Positions 1 to 9,388 of a DNA stretch of 64,000 nucleotides are shown in pieces; position 1 is the first letter of the stretch; every line of letters starts with the position of its first letter. The position numbers and the translations under genes are program-made. The notes below the pieces were generated by a model that did not search any database, was not told the origin of the DNA, and saw nothing but the letters and a program-made list of their open reading frames with translations. Origin of the DNA: Piromyces finnis finn (taxonomy: Eukaryota > Fungi > Neocallimastigomycota); assembly GCA_002104945.1 (NCBI GenBank), contig MCFH01000098.1:1-64000 (forward strand), written 5' to 3'.

Positions 1-854
1 TTTGATGTGGAAGGAAATTTAAATAAATGAAATAGTTAGTCTGTAAAGATATAATATATATCTTTAGATTATTTGATAATTAATTATTATTAAATAATAA
101 ATTAATATTTAGTAAAATTAGTTATAAAATTTTTGAATAAATTTTATGGAATAATTTTATAATAAATTATTTTATAATAGTTCCGTTAAAATTAAATTAA
201 GATAAACATTTAAATTTAAGGAATAAAAAAATTTTAATTAAATTTAAATATTTTAAATATTTTAAATATTCAAAATATTTTTAAATACTTTTTATTTAAT
301 TTTAGAATAGTTTAATAATAATATACTTTTATTATTTAAATTTAGAATAGTTTAATAATTTTAGCTTAGTTTTAAAAATAGATTTGTTTATATTTCAATA
401 GGAAATATATAATGAATAGGAATAGTATTAATAATATTAAATTAATTTATAGATAATACATGGGCTTTATTCAATTTTGAGTTTACTCAAATTGAATTAA
501 AAGTATAATGAATTAGTTTTAGTTTAGTTTTATTATTTTATAATTTAATTAGATTAGTTTTGTTTATTTTATATTAAATATATGTTTATTTAAATAGAAT
601 AATATATTAGAATATAATTATGAAAAAATATAAATACATGTAATTTTTGTTTATTAAATCGATGTAATTGTTATTTAATTTTTTAATATTTTAATTATTA
701 ACTATTATATAGTTGATAATATTTTTAAGAGCTTTAAATAAAATGTTTCTTTTTTTTAAATAAAAAATTTAATGTTTTATTTTTTTTATTTTTGTGTTTA
801 TAAAAATTGTTTTGTTTTAAGTATAAAATCTGTTTTAAATTTTATACTTTTACA
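1..854 (+). repeat. Diverged A-family-like LTR fragment (left end outside window)
   Basis: Shares the motifs aataatacatggg and tcgatgtaattgttatt with the A1 LTR; ends in ...ttttaca at 854. No partner LTR or TSD visible. Confidence 0.4.
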
Positions 855-1257
855 TAGTCATTCCTCCCTCAAATGATTAAAATGACTTAAGCAAGTAATA
901 AAGATAAATCATAAGCTTAAAGTCATTATATAAATATTTAATTTATAGAATAGTTAATTATATTAAATTTGGAATCATGTATTTTAAAATTAATGTAACT
1001 TTATTAAATAGAATAATTATTTATTAATTGATTTAAAAATTATAAATACTCGAAATTAATTCAACAATTGAATTTTTCGAGAAATCATTAAGCTTTATAA
1101 CTCTACTTAATGATTAATAACATATTTGATTAATAAAATGTATTAATAAATTTATTAATAAATAAAAGTATTCTAATAAAACATAATTTATATTAATTTA
1201 ATAAGTAGGGTTAGGGCATCCTGACCTAACTTACCTCAAATCATCTTAAATCCTTAA

Positions 1258-1853
1258 CATACACTAAATTAAACTAACACTAGTTGTAAATTTATTTATT
1301 ATTAAACTTTATTTATTTATTAAATTATATTAAACTAAACTAAACTAAAACAACCGTTGATTACTTTACCGTGAAGGTTATTTCACCAGAGCCCTCACTA
1401 GGTAATCAATTATTAACTAATTAAACTAAAACTGATAATCTAAACTAACTATATAACTAAACTATACGATTTTCCAACTATCGTTTCAATAGTTGAAAAA
1501 TTTTCTTTATTTATACTTTTTAAATAAATTGAATTAATTCTAATATACATGTTTTAATATTATAATTTTACATTGTTTACATTTATACATTTATTAAAAG
1601 AAATTATTTGTATTAAACTATTAAACTATTTAAATTCAATTTATTTACTAAAGAATTTTCTAAACTTAAAATAAAGTTTTGATTTATTTACTATATGGTT
1701 GATTATATTTCAAACATATATTTAATTTATTTATTTCTAATTTTGAGGCTTAGTTTATAAAAAAAAATTTTGCTTATCTAAAATATTTATTGGTTAAAAA
1801 TTATTTAATTTAAAAAATTTATTTTATCATCAAAAACTTTATCTTATCATAAA
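1258..1853 (-). repeat. D-family-related LTR, left part (interrupted by element A1)
   Basis: Near-identical to the D LTR from caaccgttgattactttaccgtgaagg onward, including attttccaactatcg; continues at 8067-8262 after A1. Left boundary differs from D and is uncertain. Confidence 0.8.
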
Positions 1854-2459
1854 TGTAAAGATATCAAACGCCTCTGTTTGATATCTTTAATGTAACTTAA
1901 GCCACAAGTATTATTGTTTAAGTTACACAAATTATATTCAGAAAAAGAAAATGAGACATAATTTATTTATTAATAATTAAAGTTTAAAACAAAATAAATT
2001 ATTAATTTATTTTTAATGTTTAACAAGTAAATTAATATTCTCAATTTAAATCCCTAGTTTTAGTATTGTTTTTTTTATAGAAATAGATAAATAATAAATG
2101 ATTAATATATCAATAATACATGGGCACATATTCAAATTAAATAGTACTTAATTTGAATTGCCAATTGTATTTTACTAAAAATAGTTATAGTTTAAATATT
2201 TATTAATAATTAAGATTTTAGTGTAGATTTTAAATAATAATATATAAGAAATAAATAGTTATAATATAATATAAATGTATTTAGGAAAAATATAAATAGA
2301 AGATATTTTTCATCATTTTATCGATGTAATTGTTATTATTAAAATTCTATTATAATAAAAGATATTTTATAAAACAATTTTTTATTTTATTTTTTCAAAA
2401 TCTTGTGTTATTGTAATAGAATAGATATCCTAATCTATTCTTTCTGTGTCGCCATTACA
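1854..2459 (+). repeat. A1 5' LTR
   Basis: Direct repeat of 7461-8066, TG...CA ends. Confidence 0.97.
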
Positions 2460-2470
2460 ATAACAATTAC
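2460..2470 (+). promoter_or_regulatory. A1 self-priming PBS (ATAACAATTAC)
   Basis: Directly after the LTR; exact reverse complement of LTR 2326-2336 (GTAATTGTTAT); TATAAATA at 2291-2298. Confidence 0.8.
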
Positions 2471-2499
2471 CTAACGAAAACCAAGAATACGTTAGGGTA

Positions 2500-2626
2500 T
2501 CTACCGCCGAGTAAAAGAAGAAAAAGAAGGAATAACTACTGGGTTGAAATTGAGTCTACCGCCGAGTAAAAGAAGAAAAAAGAAGGAATAACTACTGGGT
2601 TGAAATTGAATCTACCGCCGCCGAGT
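2500..2626 (+). repeat. 55/56-bp tandem repeat in A1 5' leader (2 copies plus partial)
   Basis: Unit tctaccgccgagtaaaagaagaaaaagaaggaataactactgggttgaaattga starts at 2500 and 2555, partial copy at 2611. Confidence 0.9.
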
Positions 2627-2831
2627 GGGAAGAAAGGACCAAGAATAACCATTAAGGATTGATTAGTAGTACAAAACTTGTTCGACACTGCTTTTTGCAG
2701 AACGCGTCTGAATAACTTTTGTATTGTTAGATATACTAAAATTATCTTTTATAAATAATTAAAAAAAAAAAAAAAAAAAAAATTACTTACTTGAAATAGT
2801 AGTAAGAAAACATTTTATTTATTTTAGTAAG

Positions 2832-5800
2832 TTGGAGGGTTTAATTAGTGAATTTGAAAATTTGAATTTGGAAATGGGTGATAGGAATGTGGGTGTTTCC
2901 GGGAACTCGGGGAACATTATTAATGCTCCACCGATATTCTCTGGTAAACAACGTGAATTAGATGGATTTTTAACTAGAGTGGAGTTGGTATTTCGTACTC
3001 GACCGACACTGTACAATACAGACCGAGTCAAGGTCGACTTCGTTATATCATACTTCTCTGGTAAACCTTTGGAATGGGCTTCAGTGTTGATGAAGAATAA
3101 TAGTGGGGTTTTAAACCATTATGATGAATTTGTAGATAGGTTGAAGGCTAATTTTGGCAGTTATAGATACGATACCGTTGTAGCTAACGGTAAATTAGAT
3201 AATCTTCGCCAAAGGAAACTTGGTCAGGTATTAGATTACATTACCGAGTTTCAACGTATTAGCCAAAATTCAAGCTTTAATGATAGCGCAAAAATCTACA
3301 TGTTTCTGAAAGGTTTATTACCACCACTTAGGGAGAAGTTGGCTTTCATTGAATCAAACCCAACTTCAATTGAACAATTGATTTCTTCAACTATTTTAGT
3401 TGAAGATATGATGAAAAGGAATTCTTTAAGTGAATTTTATTTTAATGGTAGAAGGGCTAATGATCCTATGGATGTGGATGTATTTAAAATTAGTAGAGAG
3501 AATAAACGAAAAAGGTATGTGAATATTCAAGGATCAAGTAAAAATTACAATGAAAACATAGATAACTTTGAAGAAGAAAAGAAAAAAGGGTTATGTTTTC
3601 TTTGTAAACAACCGGGACATTTAAAATTTAATTGTCCTAATAGAGTAAAGCCCAGAAAAGTGTTAAGAATTGTTAAAGAAAGGACTCCAAAAATTGTTAA
3701 TCCAAAAATTTACAAAGTTGGAGTTAAGGGAGTGAAAAGTGATTTAAACCTTGTGGACTTTTACTTGAGTACCAATGAAGTTTCGGAAGTTAAAATTAAG
3801 GTTTTAATTGATTCCGGTTCTGAATTAAATTTCATTAATCCAAGTCTTGCTGAAGAACTTGGTATTAATTTGGAAAAAGTGGAACCATTCCGTGTTTCAG
3901 GTGTTAGTGATGGAGTTGTTAGTGTTTGGGAAAGGACTGAGAAGTGCATGCTCCGTTGCAAAAATCACTTCGAAGTAATTCAACTTTATGGATTACAAGT
4001 CCCCGGTGTTGATGTTATTCTTGGTTTGCCGTGGATAAAGAAGCATAATCCAAATGCTTTCTACGACTCTAAGAAAATCGCTTTTAGTTCTGGTTATTGT
4101 GCCAGACATTGTAATAAAGGCAAAAGAAAGAGAAAACCAAGAAAGAAGTCAAAGAATGATCAGTTAGATCATGATGTTCTCGACCGAAGCTTGACCAAAA
4201 AGCCGAAAGTAGATCCCTCTGTCCCAAAAAATGAAGAAAAAGAATATGTTAAAGGCCGCCTTGTTAGAACCATCAATGATGAAGATGATAGCGATGATGA
4301 ATATATTAGTTTTAATAAAAAAGTTAAATGTATTGTAACAAAAATTAATGAAACATGTAATAATGATAATGAATCATGTAGTAATAATAATAATAATGGA
4401 AAAGATATTAATAAAGATAAATTGGTCGCCGTACCAACCCAATATTTAGAATTTAGTGAAGTGTTTAATGAAAAAAATTGTGAAGTGTTACCTCCTCATA
4501 GACCTTATGATTGTGAAATCAAACTTAAAGATGATTCGACTTTATTTTATGGACCTTTGTATCCATTAACTGAAGTTGAAAGAGAGGAACTTAAAAAATA
4601 TATTGATGATAATTTAAATAAAGGTTTTATTAGGAAATCATCGTCTCCTGCTGGTGCCCCAATTTTATTTGTTAAAAAGAAGGATGGCTCCCTAAGACTT
4701 TGTATCGATTATAGAAAGTTGAATGATATTACCATTCGTAATTCATATCCTTTACCTTTAATTAGTGACCTTTTGGATAGGGTGAAAAATGCTAAGATTT
4801 TTACTAAATTAGACCTTAAATCCGCTTATAATCTTGTTCGTATTAAAGAAGGTGACGAATACAAAACGGCTTTTCGTACTAGATATGGACATTTTGAATA
4901 TCTGGTTATGCCTTTTGGATTAAAGAATGCACCTGCAACTTTTCAACACTTCATTAACGATGTCCTTAGTGACTATTTAGACGATTTTGTTATCTCATAT
5001 ATTGATGATATTCTTATTTATTCTAATAATATCGAAGAACATCATGAGCATGTTAAAAAGGTACTTAAGAAACTACTTGAAAATAATCTTTATGTTAAAT
5101 TAGAAAAATGTGAGTTTGATGTTGAGAAAACCACTTTTCTTGGTTATGTCATTTCAAAGGATGGATTGCAAATGGATGAAAATAAAGTTAAAGCAATTCT
5201 CGATTGGCCGGTTCCCAAGAATGTTAAAGAGGTTCAGTCTTTTATTGGTTTATGCAACTATTACAGAATTTTTATTAAAGACTTTGCTAAAATTGCAAAC
5301 CCTCTTCACAAACTCACTAGAAAGAATGTTGCTTTTAACTGGGTGAAAGAAGATCAGGACGCTTTTATTTTATTAAAATCTCTGTTCACGTCAGCTCCTA
5401 TTCTGAAACATGCGGATAGTAATAAACAATTTATTGTAGAAACTGATGCTAGTAATTATGCTGTCGGTGCTATTCTCTCTCAAGAATTTGATGGCAAATT
5501 ACATCCTATTGCATTTCTTTCTAAAAGTTTGACGAGTTGTCAAAGAAACTATCCTATATATGACAAGGAACTTTTAGCTATTGTAGTTGCTCTTGAAGAA
5601 TGGCGTCATTATTTAGAAGGTGCACGCCATCCGTTCATAATTTATACTGATCACAAGAATTTAACATTTCCTAGAAAACCTGAAATGTTATCTCAGAGAC
5701 AAATTAGATGGAATTTGTTCTTATCCAGATTTGATTTTAAACTCATTTATAGAGCTGGAAAGAAATCCGGTAAGCCTGATATCCTGTCTCGTAGAAGTGA

Positions 5801-7424
5801 TCATGTAGAGAATAATATTAATTCTGATGTTTCTTGTCTTACAATTTCACTTCATCATAGCGATAACAAACCTTTAATCGATTCTATTTTATTAGAACTT
5901 AAAAATGACGATTTGTATAATTCTATTGTCCAATTTAAAATGAATGGTTCTGCATGTAATGCACCTATTAAAAATATTGATAAAGTTATTATTGATAACG
6001 AGGGATTTTTGTTATATAATAATCTTATTTATGTTCCTAAATCTCTTAGGACAAGAGTTTTGGAACTTCATCATGATTCTGTTGCTGCTGGTCATTTCGG
6101 TATTAAGAAAACCACTGAACTGATTTCCAGAAACTTTTGGTGGCCAAGGTTTCATTCAGACGTTAAATCTTTTATCAAATCTTGCGTGACTTGTTGCAAA
6201 TCCAAAGTCCCCAGACATAAGCCTTATGGATTGTTATCCCCTTTGGACACTCCCAGTAGGCCCTGGTCTGATATTTCTATTGATTTTATTGTTGATCTTC
6301 CTAAGTCCAGAGATATGACAACTCTCATGGTTGTTGTCGATAGATTTACTAAATTTGCTCACGCCATTCCTTTACGTTGTCTTCCTACTGCTTCGATTGC
6401 TGCTGATGCTTTTATTGCTAATGTCTTCCGTTTGCATGGTCTTCCTGATTCCATCATTTCTGATAGAGGCTCGCAATTTACTTCTGACTTTTGGTCAAGA
6501 CTTTGTGACCTTCTTAATATCAATCATTCATTATCAACTGCCAACCATCCGCAGACAGATGGTCAAACGGAGAGGGTGAACGGCATATTAGAACAATATT
6601 TCCGTTGTTTTATAAATAAAAAGCAGAATAACTGGGTTGATCTTATCCCATTTGCTGAATTTGCATATAATAATACTTTACAACAATCTATAAATCAATC
6701 TCCATTCTTTGCTAATTATGGTTTTCATCCAAAGTTCAGCTTAGAAATTCCAGCTAATGATAGACCTAGTAGAGCTGAACAAAGAGTAATTGATATGAAT
6801 GAAAACTTTAAATTATTAAAAGAAAACTTAGAAAAAGCAAAAGAAACATATAAGAAATATGCCGATATGAAGAGAATGATTCCCCCGGAGTTCGAAGTGG
6901 GAAAGAAGGTATGGTTATTGAAAGATTCTCCTGGAACTAACCTAAAGAGAAAATTAGCACCTCAAATGCTTGGCCCATTTGAGATAATTGGAAAAGTTAG
7001 TTCTCTCGCTTTCAAATTGAAACTTCCAAAGACAATGAGATGTCATCCAGTCTTTCATGTTTCATTGTTAGAACCATACTTTGAAAACAAGTTTAACGAC
7101 AGGTCTAATCGTAGGAAGAGGAACATTCACCTTAACACAGATTTAATTGAAAAAATTCCAGAGAAAATTGAAAAGATGAAATCTGTTAATGGTGAAACAT
7201 TTTATAAGTTATCATGGAAAGGCTTTGACAAATCCACTTGGATTTCTGAAGATCAGATTCCAGATAAACAATTAATACAAGAGTTTGAAAGAAACTCTAA
7301 AAAGTCAAAATATAAGTCGAACGACTCCTCCATGAAAATTAGAAAGAATAAAGTTGGTAATCTAATCAAGCACAGATACCAACCATTTGTAATTGAAATT
7401 CCTTCGAGAAAAGATTCCTTATAA
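2832..7424 (+). CDS. gag-pol: Gag-Pol polyprotein (Gag, CCHC knuckle, PR, RT, RNase H, IN, degenerate chromodomain)
   Basis: CFLCKQPGHLKFNC knuckle, LIDSGS protease, YIDD RT, ETDAS RNase H, HHDSVAAGH...CVTC zinc finger, SIDF/SDRG/GQTE integrase, GPF motif, YKLSWKGF...TW chromo-like C-terminus. Track start is TTG; first ATG at 2874. Confidence 0.97.
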   Translation: MEGLISEFENLNLEMGDRNVGVSGNSGNIINAPPIFSGKQRELDGFLTRVELVFRTRPTLYNTDRVKVDFVISYFSGKPLEWASVLMKNNSGVLNHYDEFVDRLKANFGSYRYDTVVANGKLDNLRQRKLGQVLDYITEFQRISQNSSFNDSAKIYMFLKGLLPPLREKLAFIESNPTSIEQLISSTILVEDMMKRNSLSEFYFNGRRANDPMDVDVFKISRENKRKRYVNIQGSSKNYNENIDNFEEEKKKGLCFLCKQPGHLKFNCPNRVKPRKVLRIVKERTPKIVNPKIYKVGVKGVKSDLNLVDFYLSTNEVSEVKIKVLIDSGSELNFINPSLAEELGINLEKVEPFRVSGVSDGVVSVWERTEKCMLRCKNHFEVIQLYGLQVPGVDVILGLPWIKKHNPNAFYDSKKIAFSSGYCARHCNKGKRKRKPRKKSKNDQLDHDVLDRSLTKKPKVDPSVPKNEEKEYVKGRLVRTINDEDDSDDEYISFNKKVKCIVTKINETCNNDNESCSNNNNNGKDINKDKLVAVPTQYLEFSEVFNEKNCEVLPPHRPYDCEIKLKDDSTLFYGPLYPLTEVEREELKKYIDDNLNKGFIRKSSSPAGAPILFVKKKDGSLRLCIDYRKLNDITIRNSYPLPLISDLLDRVKNAKIFTKLDLKSAYNLVRIKEGDEYKTAFRTRYGHFEYLVMPFGLKNAPATFQHFINDVLSDYLDDFVISYIDDILIYSNNIEEHHEHVKKVLKKLLENNLYVKLEKCEFDVEKTTFLGYVISKDGLQMDENKVKAILDWPVPKNVKEVQSFIGLCNYYRIFIKDFAKIANPLHKLTRKNVAFNWVKEDQDAFILLKSLFTSAPILKHADSNKQFIVETDASNYAVGAILSQEFDGKLHPIAFLSKSLTSCQRNYPIYDKELLAIVVALEEWRHYLEGARHPFIIYTDHKNLTFPRKPEMLSQRQIRWNLFLSRFDFKLIYRAGKKSGKPDILSRRSDHVENNINSDVSCLTISLHHSDNKPLIDSILLELKNDDLYNSIVQFKMNGSACNAPIKNIDKVIIDNEGFLLYNNLIYVPKSLRTRVLELHHDSVAAGHFGIKKTTELISRNFWWPRFHSDVKSFIKSCVTCCKSKVPRHKPYGLLSPLDTPSRPWSDISIDFIVDLPKSRDMTTLMVVVDRFTKFAHAIPLRCLPTASIAADAFIANVFRLHGLPDSIISDRGSQFTSDFWSRLCDLLNINHSLSTANHPQTDGQTERVNGILEQYFRCFINKKQNNWVDLIPFAEFAYNNTLQQSINQSPFFANYGFHPKFSLEIPANDRPSRAEQRVIDMNENFKLLKENLEKAKETYKKYADMKRMIPPEFEVGKKVWLLKDSPGTNLKRKLAPQMLGPFEIIGKVSSLAFKLKLPKTMRCHPVFHVSLLEPYFENKFNDRSNRRKRNIHLNTDLIEKIPEKIEKMKSVNGETFYKLSWKGFDKSTWISEDQIPDKQLIQEFERNSKKSKYKSNDSSMKIRKNKVGNLIKHRYQPFVIEIPSRKDSL

Positions 7425-7460
7425 ATTAATCTCGCAGGAGCTCGACTTAGAGAGAGAGAT

Positions 7461-8066
7461 TGTAAAGATATCAAACGCCTCTGTTTGATATCTTTAATGT
7501 AACTTAAGCCACAAGTATTATTGTTTAAGTTACACAAATTATATTCAGAAAAAGAAAATGAGACATAATTTATTTATTAATAATTAAAGTTTAAAACAAA
7601 ATAAATTATTAATTTATTTTTAATGTTTAACAAGTAAATTAATATTCTCAATTTAAATCCCTAGTTTTAGTATTGTTTTTTTTATAGAAATAGATAAATA
7701 ATAAATGATTAATATATCAATAATACATGGGCACATATTCAAATTAAATAGTACTTAATTTGAATTGCCAATTGTATTTTACTAAAAATAGTTATAGTTT
7801 AAATATTTATTAATAATTAAGATTTTAGTGTAGATTTTAAATAATAATATATAAGAAATAAATAGTTATAATATAATATAAATGTATTTAGGAAAAATAT
7901 AAATAGAAGATATTTTTCATCATTTTATCGATGTAATTGTTATTATTAAAATTCTATTATAATAAAAGATATTTTATAAAACAATTTTTTATTTTATTTT
8001 TTCAAAATCTTGTGTTATTGTAATAGAATAGATATCCTAATCTATTCTTTCTGTGTCGCCATTACA
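7461..8066 (+). repeat. A1 3' LTR
   Basis: Copy of 1854-2459, preceded by the PPT. Confidence 0.97.
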
Positions 8067-8262
8067 ATAAAATTAAATTTACATAAATTTATGTTAATGT
8101 ATTGTAATACATTATTTTATCGTAACTTTAGATTTCACATAGATTTATGTTAATGTATTGTGATATAAATTTTGTAAAGATTTAAGGTACATTAATTCAA
8201 TACATTGTACATTATTTTAAATACGTATTAAATACATTATTCTATTAATACAATATTTTACA
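8067..8262 (-). repeat. D-family-related LTR, right part
   Basis: Matches D LTR 54069-54263 (ataaaattaaatttacataaatt...aatattttaca); joins 1853 seamlessly when A1 and one TSD copy are removed. Confidence 0.9.
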
Positions 8263-8686
8263 AAATGTATATGTAATTGTAACGAATCATAGAAATTAGT
8301 AACCTGTCTTAGTGGTTAGTAACTAAGACCTTGGTTTGAACTACTCGAGTTCGAAACCTCATTAATATCTTTTTTTTAATTATTAAAATATTTTATAACG
8401 AAATTTTACCAAAGAAGATAATTTCTGATTGGCTTAAAAAATTAAGTTGTAAAATTTTTATAAATTTACTTTTAAAAACATTTATATAAATACGAGTGAA
8501 ATTTCTCAAAAAATTATTTGGAATTCGAGTTTTTATTAACAAAGAAATTTTATAATAAAAATAAAATTATTAAACACTAACCTGTTATAATTTTGTTAAG
8601 TGTTCAATAATAAAATTTTTATTTGCTTTTATTATTTTCCTTTTTATATATTTGTGTTTTTATTTATTGAACATTAGTTCTTTACA

Positions 8687-8696
8687 ATAAAAACTC
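8687..8696 (+). promoter_or_regulatory. B1 self-priming PBS (ATAAAAACTC)
   Basis: Reverse complement of LTR 8527-8536 (GAGTTTTTAT); TATAAATA at 8485-8492. Confidence 0.75.
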
Positions 8697-9388
8697 CTAA
8701 AATATATAATAACACCTTAGTGTTTAAAAAAGGAAGAATTTTTAATTTATTAAAAAATTAAGTAAGTCAGTGAAGCTTATTTTAACAATAAGGGTACTGA
8801 AAACAAAAGTAAAACCCACAGTTATTATAAGGGGAGCGCCAGGACGCTTAATTTAATAATAAAGAAAAAATTCATTTTCTAATAAAACGTTTTCTACTTT
8901 TAATAAATAAAATTAAATTTTATTTATTATTTTTGAAAAAATATTAAAATAACAAAGAAGTTAGGATTCAATACCTCCCTTAGCGTGGATAGTTGGACAC
9001 CTATACGTAATACTTTGTTGTTTAGATATTATTAATAATCGGGGAATTAAACCTATTTTTTTTCTTTCCGCTTAATTAAGTAAGTGACAATAAAGAAACT
9101 AATACCGTTAATTCCTTTTATTGAAAATTTTCATTTCCAATATTAACAATTGATAATATCTACGTTATCAACAAAGAGCTACAAGGGACCTAGTATTGAA
9201 TACTAATAAAATTAAATATTTGATGGTCCAATACTATTTAATTTGACTCTTTGTCTATATTTAAAATATTTTAATCAATAAATAATAATAAAGATTTAAT
9301 TTTTTTTTCCTTTCTTAATTTCTTCAAACATAACTTTATCTTATTTACATAATTTTTATTTTCAAACAATTATATTTTTTTAATTTTA

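Larger units (their letters stand above)
1854..8066 (+). mobile_element. Ty3/Gypsy LTR retrotransposon A1, full length, chromodomain-like integrase
   Basis: 606-bp LTRs at 1854-2459 and 7461-8066 (TGTAAAG...ATTACA, no difference seen by eye); TSD ATAAA at 1849-1853 and 8067-8071; PPT agagagagag at 7449-7458; single gag-pol ORF. Confidence 0.97.

Noticed and set aside
1205-1215. AGGGTTAGGG telomere-like motif
   Set aside because: A single unit, part of a small hairpin (gttagg/cctaac); no array.
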